In this document: positions 38,054-48,166 of the stretch, piece by piece | Position numbering within the stretch: the stretch's first letter is position 1 | How the letters are laid out: each line of letters begins with the position of its first letter | Source: Candidatus Bathyarchaeia archaeon | Lineage (GTDB): Archaea > Thermoproteota > Bathyarchaeia > Bathyarchaeales > Bathycorpusculaceae | Direction of reading: 5' to 3' | DNA length: 64,000 nt | Assembly: GCA_050010755.1 (NCBI GenBank) | Contig: JBEKKK010000003.1 | Span: forward strand, 1-64,000 | Notes under the pieces: model-generated | The model's input: the letters and a program-made list of their open reading frames with translations, nothing else | What the model was told of the DNA's origin: nothing | The model's database searches: none | Program-made: the position numbers and the translations under genes

Positions 38054-38293
38054 CAATATACACCGGTCTTTTTCTCATGGGCTAATCCGCGCTTATATTC
38101 ATTGCTCCGAATTCTTCAGCATTGGGACGATGTTTTTGAAGTTCTGAAAGCTCAACATCTGCTTTTTCGCGAACCAGCATGCTACAGTTAAACGTCGTTT
38201 TTGGGCCACTTTGAGAGAAGAGCACACGCTGATCAAATGATGTTGGCTGTACAGTAACATGGTTTTAAGTCGCTTGCACTTTAGTATGCTTTT

Positions 38294-39334
38294 ATGGAAT
38301 CGCTTGTGGATGATGTGGGAAGTTTCCCATTGCCGGATTATACGAACAGTGGAGTGTTTGAGGAGGCGTATCGGGCCGCCAGAAAAGCGATAATCGAGGG
38401 AAAGCGTCTTGATGAAGACGAGTTTTTGTTGGAAAATTTCAGTAGAATAGTGATTGATTCTTTTAGGAAAAAGGTTGAGGCTGGCCTCGATGTCGTTAAC
38501 TATCCTCAGCATTATGGCATGGAGAAACAGGTGGCGGATGCTGTCAGAGAATCGATGAATGAGGGCACTTACCTGGTCAATCAGGAGCACGCTGTATTGC
38601 CGGAAGTCCGTTTGCTCGGTGATGAGGCAAAGAAACTCTACGAGGAGACAGGTGAGAGGGTGAGGCTCAGAGTGTGTGTCATTGGACCGATTGAACTCTA
38701 TATGAAGGAAATGGGGTCTGTGGTTCATGAAGATGTGCTTCAGGCGTTGGCAGAAAACATCAGACGGTTTGCAAAGAACTCGATTCTCAACTCAAAATAT
38801 TTGCAGACCGTCGCGGTTTCATTGGATGAGCCGAGTTTCGGCTTTCAGGACATCCTTACTGACAGAGAGACTGTGCTGAGCGCTTTTGAGACAGCATTCA
38901 ACTTTGATGGTGTTGCGCGACAGATTCATCTTCATTCGCCGTCCAGGATCGCCGATTTGCTGAAAGTTAAAAACATTGATGTCTTGTCGATTGAGTATGC
39001 GGCGACTCCGAAAAACATTGACAGCTTGTCAAAGAGTATGCTTGAGAAGAATGACAAGCAGGTACGGGTGGGCGTGGCGAGGACTGACATAAATTCAATC
39101 GTTTCAGAACTTTATGACAGGGGAATTACCAAACCCAGTGCTGAGCAAATGGTTGAGGATGAGAGAATCATAGGAAAAAGGTTTGAGACAGCCTGGAACA
39201 AGTACGGAGAAAGGATGACATTCACTGGACCCGACTGCGGTCTGGGAGGATGGCCCTCACAGGAGGCAGCCCAACTTCTGTTAGCCCGAACGGCAAGGGC
39301 AGTGAAGACCATGAAGAACAGGTTGAAAGCCTGA
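38294..39334 (+). CDS. Single-barrel cobalamin-independent methionine synthase-like (MetE C-terminal family)
   Basis: DDVGSFP, LDEPS, HLH, GPDCGL. Confidence 0.75.
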   Translation: MESLVDDVGSFPLPDYTNSGVFEEAYRAARKAIIEGKRLDEDEFLLENFSRIVIDSFRKKVEAGLDVVNYPQHYGMEKQVADAVRESMNEGTYLVNQEHAVLPEVRLLGDEAKKLYEETGERVRLRVCVIGPIELYMKEMGSVVHEDVLQALAENIRRFAKNSILNSKYLQTVAVSLDEPSFGFQDILTDRETVLSAFETAFNFDGVARQIHLHSPSRIADLLKVKNIDVLSIEYAATPKNIDSLSKSMLEKNDKQVRVGVARTDINSIVSELYDRGITKPSAEQMVEDERIIGKRFETAWNKYGERMTFTGPDCGLGGWPSQEAAQLLLARTARAVKTMKNRLKA

Positions 39335-39469
39335 GCCTCGATCAGGCGCTACCGAGCGCGTTCAATGTTGGACAGACGAAACGGGTACAGATCAATGGCC
39401 ACTGAGAAACTTCGTTATCCTTGCGTGCCTTCCGTGCGCTCTGAACGCGGGAAAGCACGGTGGCTTGCT

Positions 39470-40120
39470 CTATTTTAGTGATAGTACTAGGATTCTTGGT
39501 TCTTTGGGCAGGTTGGCCTCTTCGATGTTCGCGATTGGCCCTTTTGTCCTGTCTATATTGTTCTTTCCTTTAGCAAAATCGTTAACCGTCTTCAGGGGGT
39601 CAAACGGTGAGGCAAGCTTGGGCATCTTGTAATGCATTGGGATTATCATCTTTGGCTTTAGCTGTTCGCAGACTCTAGTAGCAGTGTCGGGCCCTATTGT
39701 GAAGTACCCTCCGACGGGAACGAACAGCACATCGACTTTTCCTATCTCTTCAACCGTTTGAGCGGATAGCTCATGGCCCAAATCTCCAAGATGGCAGAAC
39801 TGTACTCCGTCCAGGTTGAAGGTGTAAATGCTGTTTTTTCCTCGCTTGGAACCTTTCGTGTCATCATGAAAAGCCGCAATGCCCCTGACAGCGATGCCTT
39901 TGATTTTCTTGGACCCCTCAAAGCCTTCCAGGGCCTCTCCTTGTTTTGCCATCACAGGCTTGACGTTGTTGTGGTCTTGGTGACTGTGGGAGCATAGCAC
40001 GATGTCAGCGGCCGCTTTGGGTTCCGGAATTCCGATTCCCTTGAACGGGTCAATGACTATTGTGACGTTCTTCCCTTGCAGTTCGAAACATGAATGACCG
40101 TGCCATACTAATTTAACCAT
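39470..40120 (-). CDS. Metallo-beta-lactamase fold hydrolase
   Basis: GHSCF, SHSHQDH, HLGD, IPMHY. Confidence 0.9.
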   Translation of the reverse strand: MVKLVWHGHSCFELQGKNVTIVIDPFKGIGIPEPKAAADIVLCSHSHQDHNNVKPVMAKQGEALEGFEGSKKIKGIAVRGIAAFHDDTKGSKRGKNSIYTFNLDGVQFCHLGDLGHELSAQTVEEIGKVDVLFVPVGGYFTIGPDTATRVCEQLKPKMIIPMHYKMPKLASPFDPLKTVNDFAKGKNNIDRTKGPIANIEEANLPKEPRILVLSLK

Positions 40121-40240
40121 ATTGAACTCATCTCCTTCCAAAGGTTTGAAAACAGCGATGTCTATTAAATTTATGATAGAGACATTTATGACTTTCGTGG
40201 TTACAATATCCTTAGCGCGCGTAGGCGCCTGGGGGCGCTC

Positions 40241-40759
40241 TTAGACGACGTAGCGGTTGATTACTTTCTGCATGCTTTTGGGTGTGGCGTGGTTTGCGGC
40301 AAGCTGTTTTACAAGTGTCAGCATTTCGGGTTGAAAACGAGCTATGTCTGTCAAGCTCAACAAGCCGACCAAGCGCTTGCCTGCAACTACGGGCAGTTTT
40401 TTAATGTTCATCTGAAACATCAACTTAACGGCTTCACCGAGATCCATCTTCGGCTCGGCAACTACCAACGGACTCGACATAATGTCTCGAACCCTAATCT
40501 TTGAAACGTCCTTTCCCTCTGCAATCACTCTCTTGAGCATATCTCTCTCGGTGAGAATCCCAGAAACCCTTCCCTTTCTAACGGTGATTAAGCAGCCTAT
40601 TCCGAACCTGTTCATTGCTACGGCGGCTTCCTTGATCGTCACGTTTACATCTATCTTTTTCACGTCCTTCACCATCACATCCTCAACTCGCAGCGTTGCT
40701 TCAGCCTGTTTCTCAACTATTTTTTCAGCTTTCTCTTCATTCTGATACAAAAGCTTCAC
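40241..40759 (-). CDS. CBS domain protein
   Basis: Two CBS repeats (GILTERD, IMSSPL, KKLPVV..GLLSLTDI). Confidence 0.88.
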   Translation of the reverse strand: MKLLYQNEEKAEKIVEKQAEATLRVEDVMVKDVKKIDVNVTIKEAAVAMNRFGIGCLITVRKGRVSGILTERDMLKRVIAEGKDVSKIRVRDIMSSPLVVAEPKMDLGEAVKLMFQMNIKKLPVVAGKRLVGLLSLTDIARFQPEMLTLVKQLAANHATPKSMQKVINRYVV

Positions 40760-41024
40760 CGAATCTGTATCAATATCATGCTAGTGCGTACTTAAACATC
40801 TGTGCAGAGCACATGCGACAAACAAGAGCCGGCAGGCGGTTTGATGCGAACAGAGACTTTATGGCTCTTTACTTGTCAAACGCGCTATGTCTCCAGCCTT
40901 CTCTCGCAGAACATTCATAACTGGTTCCGAACTTCGTTTCGCAAAGTTTTGAAGTGCTTGAATATTCAGGAGAAAATTTGACTTGCAAACCATTGCCTGC
41001 ACGGGGTTCGGATTCGGACTGTGA

Positions 41025-41102
41025 TGGCGGGCCCGACGGGAATTGAACCCGCGACCTACGGATTAAGAGTCCGCCGCTCTAGCCTGACTGAGCCACGGGC
41101 CC
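41025..41102 (-). tRNA. tRNA-Lys (CTT)
   Basis: GGGCCCG..GCGGA-CTCTTAA-TCCGT..GGTTCAATTCCC..CGGGCCCGCCA; encoded CCA, no intron. Confidence 0.96.
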
Positions 41103-41292
41103 GCGTATTTTCTCTTTGAAGAGAACGTGGATTAGAAGATAAAGAGCTTTCGGAATCCTATGGGGATCGGATACGATCCAGAATATTACGGAAGATTTGT
41201 TCTCGACGCTAAATGCGGAGATTGGGTTCTCTCGGTTTCTCTGGCAACTGGAGAGTTTCCAACATTCTTCCATTTTTGACTAGTACTTTTAT

Positions 41293-41448
41293 TCAGTCGT
41301 AGCGTTTTAGATGGATCATTTTTCTGTAGCTTTTTAGATCTTCAGCCACTTTTTTGAGAAGGTTCAGTTTTTCCATGTTCTTCTGGAAGTCGATGAATTC
41401 TTCATGAAACTTCTCTAGCGCTGCGTTGTTCTCCTTCATTGCCCTCAT
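41293..41448 (-). CDS. 51-aa helical hypothetical protein
   Basis: Hand-translated MRAMKENNAALEKFHEEFIDFQKNMEKLNLLKKVAEDLKSYRKMIHLKRYD. Confidence 0.4.
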   Translation of the reverse strand: MRAMKENNAALEKFHEEFIDFQKNMEKLNLLKKVAEDLKSYRKMIHLKRYD

Positions 41449-41696
41449 CTTGGGAAAGGCGCTTGGACGAAATGGAGGGTTTTCATCGTTTGTTGGCTAC
41501 CGACATGGCCATTTTCCGTTATTGAGGAGAAAGGAGAAGGCTTCGAAAAACGGAAAAAAGATGTTCGTGGCCGAATGTGGTGGACCTTCAACCTCTTGCC
41601 CCTTCATGTCGTCTTAAGACTTAAGATACAGGTCGCTTATAAAAACTTTACTATATCATAATCTAGTACAGACGCCCTGGACAACGTTGCTGAACG

Positions 41697-42260
41697 TTAG
41701 CCTATGGCCAAGATGCCTTCCATTGTTCTTTTCTCAGGGACGCCCAACTGGTTGGAGAGCCACGATTTCAACAGCAGATTGTATTTTGGCAGTTCTCCGC
41801 TGTAGGTCATGATTTGATTGTCTTTCACCGCATCCGCTTGGAAGGTTTTGTCATCTTCCCTGTACATGAAAGACAGTGTCTGAGCCCCTGTAGCCATTGC
41901 TTGGAAGTCTTCCCATTGTTTGCATCGAAGGATGAAAGGAGGGCCATGCTCTTCCTTGACCTGCACTGTCTCACGTTTCTGAGGTGCAGGCAGAGTCTCC
42001 GTCAGTGGGGTTAGAGGCGTCTCATGCGGGGCTGAAAGATAGGTTATGAGGTTTGTGATCTCGTTCTGGAGCGTGCTCAGTCGTTCCTCGACTTTTTCCA
42101 CCTTGGTATTCAGCACGCCGGTGTCTCCCATCTTCTCGGTCACGCTTCCAAGCTCGTTTATGAGGCGATCCAAGTCCTTTTCGTGTTCTTTCAGAACATT
42201 CACTATGAAATCAAGCGCTTCCAATGCCTCGTCTTTTGATGGAATCCTCTTGGACATCAC
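41697..42260 (-). CDS. Hypothetical protein with N-terminal coiled coil
   Basis: 187-aa ORF, GGGAGAG upstream. Confidence 0.75.
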   Translation of the reverse strand: MMSKRIPSKDEALEALDFIVNVLKEHEKDLDRLINELGSVTEKMGDTGVLNTKVEKVEERLSTLQNEITNLITYLSAPHETPLTPLTETLPAPQKRETVQVKEEHGPPFILRCKQWEDFQAMATGAQTLSFMYREDDKTFQADAVKDNQIMTYSGELPKYNLLLKSWLSNQLGVPEKRTMEGILAIG

Positions 42261-42589
42261 TGTCTCTCCCTATCTTTTCAAGCTATTAAGTACCCCGCTT
42301 GATAAATAAACGTAGCGAATCCTCAAAACATATCCATGTGAAGAGCTATTCCTACTTATTGAGAATAATATTTGTCCTATCGCAAATTATCAAAACGTTT
42401 TGTTGCTTAGACATGGGACTTGCGCTGGCCTCGACTCAGTATGTGTTACCTGCAAGGTAAAGTTGGGAGGCAACAATAACAGCGTCATGAATTGTCGGCC
42501 TAAAGGACAAAACTGGTGTTCTCGCCTTGTTCGACCTATTTATCTAAAAGTTTATCTCTGCTATAAGAGAATCTTGCTAGGTGGACGAA

Positions 42590-42766
42590 ATGGTCAGGGG
42601 CTTTTGTGGCAAGTGCGGAAAAGAAATAGGAGGCTTTATGAAACCTGCCGCCTGGCAATGTCCGTCTTGCAAGAAAGTTTACTGCGAAGCCTGCTGTCCA
42701 AGATGGGTGGGTTTGGTGTTCAAGAAGCCAACTTGCCCGAACTGCGGAGTCGAGTGTAAACGATAG
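42590..42766 (+). CDS. Small Cys-rich RING-like Zn-finger protein
   Basis: CxxC-x14-CxxC-x4-CxxC-x13-CxxC. Confidence 0.7.
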   Translation: MVRGFCGKCGKEIGGFMKPAAWQCPSCKKVYCEACCPRWVGLVFKKPTCPNCGVECKR

Positions 42767-42793
42767 CGAAGATAGCGAGGCTAGCCCCCACTA

Positions 42794-43432
42794 TTAGGTT
42801 GCATTTTCATAAACTGAGTCTGGATGCGGCTTCGACCAGGCATCAGGATTCTGGTACTTGAATCCCGGCTTGGTCTCTTCGATCTTTTTCTCATCTTTGC
42901 TGAGAAATCTTTGCATTTTCGAAAGAAGCTCTTTGTGAGTTCCTTCGTCCCTGATGATGACTTCGAAGATTTCCTTCATATCTTTCAGCTGCACATTGTA
43001 GATTTCGTTTATTTCTTTAGTCATATACTCGAGCGTCTTCATTTGAACCAAAACGAAATATTCCTCGCCAAAGTTGCTCTCTAACACTTCCAGTTTCTTG
43101 GCAAGTGAAGGCAGCGTCTCTTTGGGTATGTTCTTTTCAGATGAAATTTCGCGTTTAAGATCCCCAATCGTCCTCCAAGTGAGGCCCGTCCTTTTCTGGC
43201 AATCCTTTAGGTTGATCTTTGACCCTCCGAGACTTTCGAACATTCCGTTAAGGATGGCTGAGTGTTTTCGACTATCGTAAGCGATGTGCTGTAGCATCGA
43301 CTTGATCAGCGGAATGTCTACCTTGTCAGCAAGACTCTGATAGAGCCGGTAGGTTTCTTGTTCCAACAAGCTTGAACATTTCAAGAAACCAACGATACCC
43401 TCTGGTTTTTTCACAACAACCACCAGCTTCAT
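42794..43432 (-). CDS. Ferritin-like/rubrerythrin-family protein
   Basis: LE..Y..L, DSRKH, IIRDEGTH. Confidence 0.7.
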   Translation of the reverse strand: MKLVVVVKKPEGIVGFLKCSSLLEQETYRLYQSLADKVDIPLIKSMLQHIAYDSRKHSAILNGMFESLGGSKINLKDCQKRTGLTWRTIGDLKREISSEKNIPKETLPSLAKKLEVLESNFGEEYFVLVQMKTLEYMTKEINEIYNVQLKDMKEIFEVIIRDEGTHKELLSKMQRFLSKDEKKIEETKPGFKYQNPDAWSKPHPDSVYENAT

Positions 43433-43785
43433 TGATCTTAAATCAATATGATGATAAAGGGTTTATGAATCAGAAATCAACCGATAATGAGCGTGGCTCT
43501 CTAGCTTTTCCGAAGGCATGGTTGTTAGCGGCCATATGTACTCCCCCTCCTAAATTCCGTTTTTGACGGTAATGCGGCTGAGATGGGTATTTCGAATTTC
43601 GCTCACGGGAGGGGCTCTAGTGTGCGCTGACGGCCTCCCCCCTCGGTCTACGATATGATCCAAATATGATTCCGGAAGACATGGACCTCTCATAGGCTCA
43701 TTCAAGCTCGCTGTTCAGGGTTAGGTCCGATTTCCATGCGATCCCATAGCGCGCCCGCAAATGCAAGACTTCTTGAGTTTGATAA

Positions 43786-43860
43786 TGGACCGATGGGGAT
43801 TTGAACCCCAGACTTCCGCATTGCGAATGCGGCGTTCATACCAGACTGAACTACCGGCCC
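43786..43860 (-). tRNA. tRNA-Ala (CGC)
   Basis: GGGCCGG..CCGCA-TTCGCAA-TGCGG..GGTTCAAATCCC..TCGGTCCA; G3:U70 identity pair. Confidence 0.96.
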
Positions 43861-44063
43861 ATGGTTTCTTCCTAAAAGACACGCGGAAAGAAAGCTTGAG
43901 CTTTGTTTTATGTTTTTTGTTCGCGTTCAGTCAACTATGAATTATAGCCGCGGGTTTGTTCTGTGAATCTTGGAGGTTTGGAAAATTGTCTAAGTTGTTT
44001 CAAGCGGCTGCGCCTTTCGAAATTGACTCCTTTCCCTGAGGCTTCTATGACAACGCTTGAACG

Positions 44064-47000
44064 CTAATTCCCATCAGCCGCTTCTTTGCGTTCCGCATCA
44101 ATGGCGATGTAGATTTTCTTTTCGTCTAGTTGGAATTCGTGCCATTCTGTTGCGGTTTCTTCGCGGGTTGTGGGGAGATTGATGTTCTTTGTGCGGGTTA
44201 ACGCCTTCATCTCTGGCAGGTACGGTTGGAGGAGTTGGGTGGTTTCTTCGTCGAGTTCGGCTATGTGAACGGCATCCAGTACGTCAGTGGGTTTGTACCC
44301 GAGTTCTTTTCTCAGTGCCTGGACTCTTCTTGCTAGGTCGCGCATGACTCCTTCGCCCAGCAGCTTCTGGTCGCGGTGAACATCCACGAACGCTTGCGTG
44401 TCGTTCTCCGTCGCCGAAGCCCATCCTTCTTCGCTGACTTCGTGTGGGGGCTTTTGAGCATATTCGACTGTTTTGACGTTGGTAAGCTCAAGCAGCAGGT
44501 CTTCAACGTTCTTGAGGGCTTTGAGTTTCTCTTCCGGGGCTACTATGATCATTTTGCTGAGGGGCCATCTTCTCTTCAGTTTGGCGCTTTGCCTTGCCGA
44601 GTAGGCTAATGACACGGTGTTGAAAAGCGTTTCAAAGTCCTCTTCCACCTGTTTGTTGCGAAGTTCTTCGTTGGGTTTTGGCCAGTTTTCCATGTTAACG
44701 GTTTCGGGAAGAGAAGGGTCGAGTCGTCTGTAGATGTTCTGGTGCAGAGCTTCGCTGAGGTATGGCGTGATTGGGTTGAAGAGCAACGTTACAGTCTTTA
44801 GCACATGCCACAGTGTCGAGTAGACGGCGAGCCTCCTGTCGAGCGTCTCCGGATCGTCTGACCACAGTTCCTTCCGAACCATCGGCACGTACAGTCTGCT
44901 CAAATCTTCAATCACAGCGTCTTCCAGAGCAGCTAGGGCCAAGTTGAACTCACACGTCTCGAGCCTTGCCGTGTACGTCTCTATAGTCTGTTGAAGTCTT
45001 GAAAGCAACCATAGGTCTGGGTTCTTCAACTGTTTTCCGCGCTTCGCTGATTCAAGCGTGTGTTTCAAGGGGTCGAAACCGTCGAACTCGGAGTTTTCAG
45101 CAAAGAATCTGCTAAGATGGTAAAGCGTGGACAGCACCTGATAGGGACGGCGACTCAGTTCTTGAGGATCAAAATCGTTCGGGTCCGTCGGTGGACACTT
45201 TCGAAGCACGTAAAACCTGAACACGTCCGCCGAGTATTTTTCCAGGGCACTGTTGGCCTCTATTATGTTTCCGAGGCTCTTGCTCATTTTTCTGCCCCTG
45301 GCATCTTGGGTTAAACCTTGAAGCAGGAACGAATTGTAGGGGGGTTCTGCCTTTCCGGTCAGTATGACGTATTCCAAGAGAAGAGTGTTTGCCCAACCTC
45401 TCGTCTGATCCATTGCTTCGGTGAGATAGTCGACCGGCACGTACTTCTTGAATTCTTCATCCGTGAATCTGGCGTAGGGGGATGCTCCGCTGTTGTGCCA
45501 AGCGTCGAGCACGAAATCTTCTCTGTGCATTGTTCCTCCGCATTTTTCGCATTTCAGGGTGATGCGGTCTACCCAGGGTTTGTGCAGTTCAAAGTCAGCC
45601 GGCGCCTTTTCCAAGGCTCTTGCCAGAAGCTCTTTCTTGCTCGCAACGACGGTTTCTGTTCCGCACTCCTTGCATTTCCATATGGGCAGCGGTGCTCCCC
45701 AGACGCGCTCTCTGGATATGCACCATGGTTTGCCCTCTCTTAGGAAGGATAGGAAACGGTTCTTGGGGCTCTCGTAGAAGTAGTTTACCTTTTCGGCGGC
45801 TTCCACCACTCTTGAGTTTATCTTGTCGGTTCTCAGGAAGTACTCTTTTCTGGCCAACCATACGAGTTTGTGGTGAGAACGCCAGCACGTTGGATACTCA
45901 TGTTTGAGCGTTTTTGCTGAGACGAGCAGGCCTCTTTTTCGCAGTTCCTCAATTACTATGGTGTCTGTGTCTCTTGCGAATTTGCTGTTGAAGAAGCCCG
46001 AGTCTTTCGTGAACTTCACTTCGTCGTCAAACGGTGCGAAGATTGGAACGCCCCGTTTCTGCGCAGCGAAGAAGTCTTCCTCGCCGTTTCCAGGAGACTG
46101 ATGCACGACTCCCGTCGCGGTGTTCACATCTACGAAATCCTCAAGTATCACTTTGTGCACGAGCGCGTGCTTCTTCTCAAGCTCTGCCTGTTCAGGAACC
46201 AAGTCTTTGAAGGGATACTCGTATCCTGTTCCGTCCAGGCTTTTTCCAATCACCGTCTCCGTAACTTCATATTCTTCTATTCCCAGTTCCTGCATGACAG
46301 GCTGGACGCGGGGTTTGGCGAGGATCCACTTTTCATCTTTGACTTTGACTTTCGCGTATTCTGCTTCAGGATGCACGGCCAACATCGTGTCGGTTATGAG
46401 GGTGAAGGGCATCGTTGTCCACACGAGGAAGAACTCGTCCCGTTTGCCGGCGAGTCGGAATTTGAAGTAGAGGCTGGGATCTTCGACGATTTTGTATGCT
46501 CCTTCGTAGCCTACTTCTGCGCTGCTCAAGCTTGTCTGGCAACCTGGGCAGTAGGCAACCACGTAATGTCCTTCTTCCAGTAGCCCTTGGTCCCATGCGC
46601 GCTTGAGGATTTGCCATTCTCTTTCGATGTACTCGTCCTTGTAAGTCCAGTAAGCCTTGTCCTGGTTTATGAAGACGCCGAGTTTGGCGTCGGCCGCTAC
46701 CCATTCCTTGTGGTATTTCATTATGGCTTTTTTGCATTCCTGGATGAAGCGTTCCATTCCAACTTTTTCCAAGAGTTCCCGCTTGTTCTTCACGCCCAGC
46801 AGCTTCTCGACTTCCAGCTCGACAGGCAGGCCTTGGCAGTCCCATCCTGCCCAGAAGGGTATGTAATAGCCTTGCATCGTCTTCCATCGATAGCGAACAT
46901 CCTTCATTGCCCGGCCTCTTGCATGACCCACGTGAGGAATGCCGTTAAGCGTGGGTGGCCCTTCTACATAGCCCAAAATTCCGTGGTTATTCTTTTCCTT

Positions 47001-47126
47001 GAAGAGCTCCAGCTTCTGCTGTACGCAATTTGTTGCCCAGAATTCACGTATTTCTTTCTCAAGCTCAAGCGGGTTATAACTTGCGTTCAAGCCTTTTTCA
47101 GAAGCAGTTCCGAATTTGACGGTCAC
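44064..47126 (-). CDS. ileS: Isoleucine--tRNA ligase
   Basis: GPP..HVGH, GWDCQGLP, WTT.P.T, WCISR, DQTRGW, KMSKS. Confidence 0.96.
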   Translation of the reverse strand: MTVKFGTASEKGLNASYNPLELEKEIREFWATNCVQQKLELFKEKNNHGILGYVEGPPTLNGIPHVGHARGRAMKDVRYRWKTMQGYYIPFWAGWDCQGLPVELEVEKLLGVKNKRELLEKVGMERFIQECKKAIMKYHKEWVAADAKLGVFINQDKAYWTYKDEYIEREWQILKRAWDQGLLEEGHYVVAYCPGCQTSLSSAEVGYEGAYKIVEDPSLYFKFRLAGKRDEFFLVWTTMPFTLITDTMLAVHPEAEYAKVKVKDEKWILAKPRVQPVMQELGIEEYEVTETVIGKSLDGTGYEYPFKDLVPEQAELEKKHALVHKVILEDFVDVNTATGVVHQSPGNGEEDFFAAQKRGVPIFAPFDDEVKFTKDSGFFNSKFARDTDTIVIEELRKRGLLVSAKTLKHEYPTCWRSHHKLVWLARKEYFLRTDKINSRVVEAAEKVNYFYESPKNRFLSFLREGKPWCISRERVWGAPLPIWKCKECGTETVVASKKELLARALEKAPADFELHKPWVDRITLKCEKCGGTMHREDFVLDAWHNSGASPYARFTDEEFKKYVPVDYLTEAMDQTRGWANTLLLEYVILTGKAEPPYNSFLLQGLTQDARGRKMSKSLGNIIEANSALEKYSADVFRFYVLRKCPPTDPNDFDPQELSRRPYQVLSTLYHLSRFFAENSEFDGFDPLKHTLESAKRGKQLKNPDLWLLSRLQQTIETYTARLETCEFNLALAALEDAVIEDLSRLYVPMVRKELWSDDPETLDRRLAVYSTLWHVLKTVTLLFNPITPYLSEALHQNIYRRLDPSLPETVNMENWPKPNEELRNKQVEEDFETLFNTVSLAYSARQSAKLKRRWPLSKMIIVAPEEKLKALKNVEDLLLELTNVKTVEYAQKPPHEVSEEGWASATENDTQAFVDVHRDQKLLGEGVMRDLARRVQALRKELGYKPTDVLDAVHIAELDEETTQLLQPYLPEMKALTRTKNINLPTTREETATEWHEFQLDEKKIYIAIDAERKEAADGN

Positions 47127-47335
47127 CTTTCATCACATTGCACCCGCAAAACACAACACATTAGCCCAAGCCACATATAACCTTTACTTATCAATAATAA
47201 ATCAAGAGCGAAGGAACGCTTTTCGGACAAATCGAGAAGGAAACTTGCCCCCTTGGCCATTGCAGTACCCTGTAGGACAAGCAAGCGAAATCGTCCGATG
47301 AGGAATAGATTGTGTGCCCATCTTCGTTCCGTCGT

Positions 47336-48166
47336 TCAGTCTAATGGTATTTTCCGCCCTGTGAGGTCGCGTTTCGAGTTTCCAAATTCGGATTTGACTT
47401 CTCGCAGTTGTTTTGAGGTAAAAACAGGCCCGTCTGCGCAGACCCGATACTTGCCTATTGTGCAGCTTCCGCAGAGGCCTATGGCGCAGCGCATCAGCCG
47501 TTCAAGACTTGCTTCCAAGTTTGTTCGATGCTCTTCGGCGAGTTCGAAGATTTTTCGAAGCATCTTTTCAGGTCCGCACGTGTAGATGATGTTGAACGTT
47601 TCTTTTGCCAATATCTGCTCCAGGGGTTCCGTGCACAAGCCTGTGATGCCGCAGCTGCCATCCTCAGTCGATGCAACGAGTCGCACTTGGCTTCTGTTGA
47701 AAGACTGCTCAAGTTGGGTCATGAAAAGCAGTTCGTTTCTTGTTTTTGCGCCCAGTATGAAGACTCCTCTTGTTATTCTGGGCAACAATCTGTTGGCCAG
47801 AAAAACGAGCGGGGCCGTGCCAGTGCCGCCTGCAACCATGAGCACGCTTCCTTTTACCATTGAGAAACTGTTTCCGAAGGGCCCTCTTACTCCGATGACG
47901 TCGCCCTCTTTCGCCTCGTGCAACGCTTTTGTTGCTTGACCCACATTCTTGACTGCCACGGAAACCAGTCCACCTTCTTCGACGCCAAGTATGCTGAGAG
48001 GTATTTCGTCCACGCCCGGAATCCACAACATCAGAAACTGGCCAGGCTGAGCCCTCGCACATTGTCCGTCCCTGAAGCTGAAAGTCTTCACAGTTGGACT
48101 CTCGACTTTGACGTTCAAAATTTGCGTTGTTCTCAGCCGATTATCTGCGATGCGATAGGCCAACAA
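47336..48166 (-). CDS. pyrK: Dihydroorotate dehydrogenase electron transfer subunit
   Basis: PGQF, RGPFG, AGGTG, CGP, CAIGLCGSC..VC.DGPVF. Confidence 0.93.
   Translation of the reverse strand: MLAYRIADNRLRTTQILNVKVESPTVKTFSFRDGQCARAQPGQFLMLWIPGVDEIPLSILGVEEGGLVSVAVKNVGQATKALHEAKEGDVIGVRGPFGNSFSMVKGSVLMVAGGTGTAPLVFLANRLLPRITRGVFILGAKTRNELLFMTQLEQSFNRSQVRLVASTEDGSCGITGLCTEPLEQILAKETFNIIYTCGPEKMLRKIFELAEEHRTNLEASLERLMRCAIGLCGSCTIGKYRVCADGPVFTSKQLREVKSEFGNSKRDLTGRKIPLD

Noticed and set aside
41025-43860. tRNA-targeted integrated element between tRNA-Lys and tRNA-Ala
   Set aside because: No duplicated tRNA 3' end or recombinase seen
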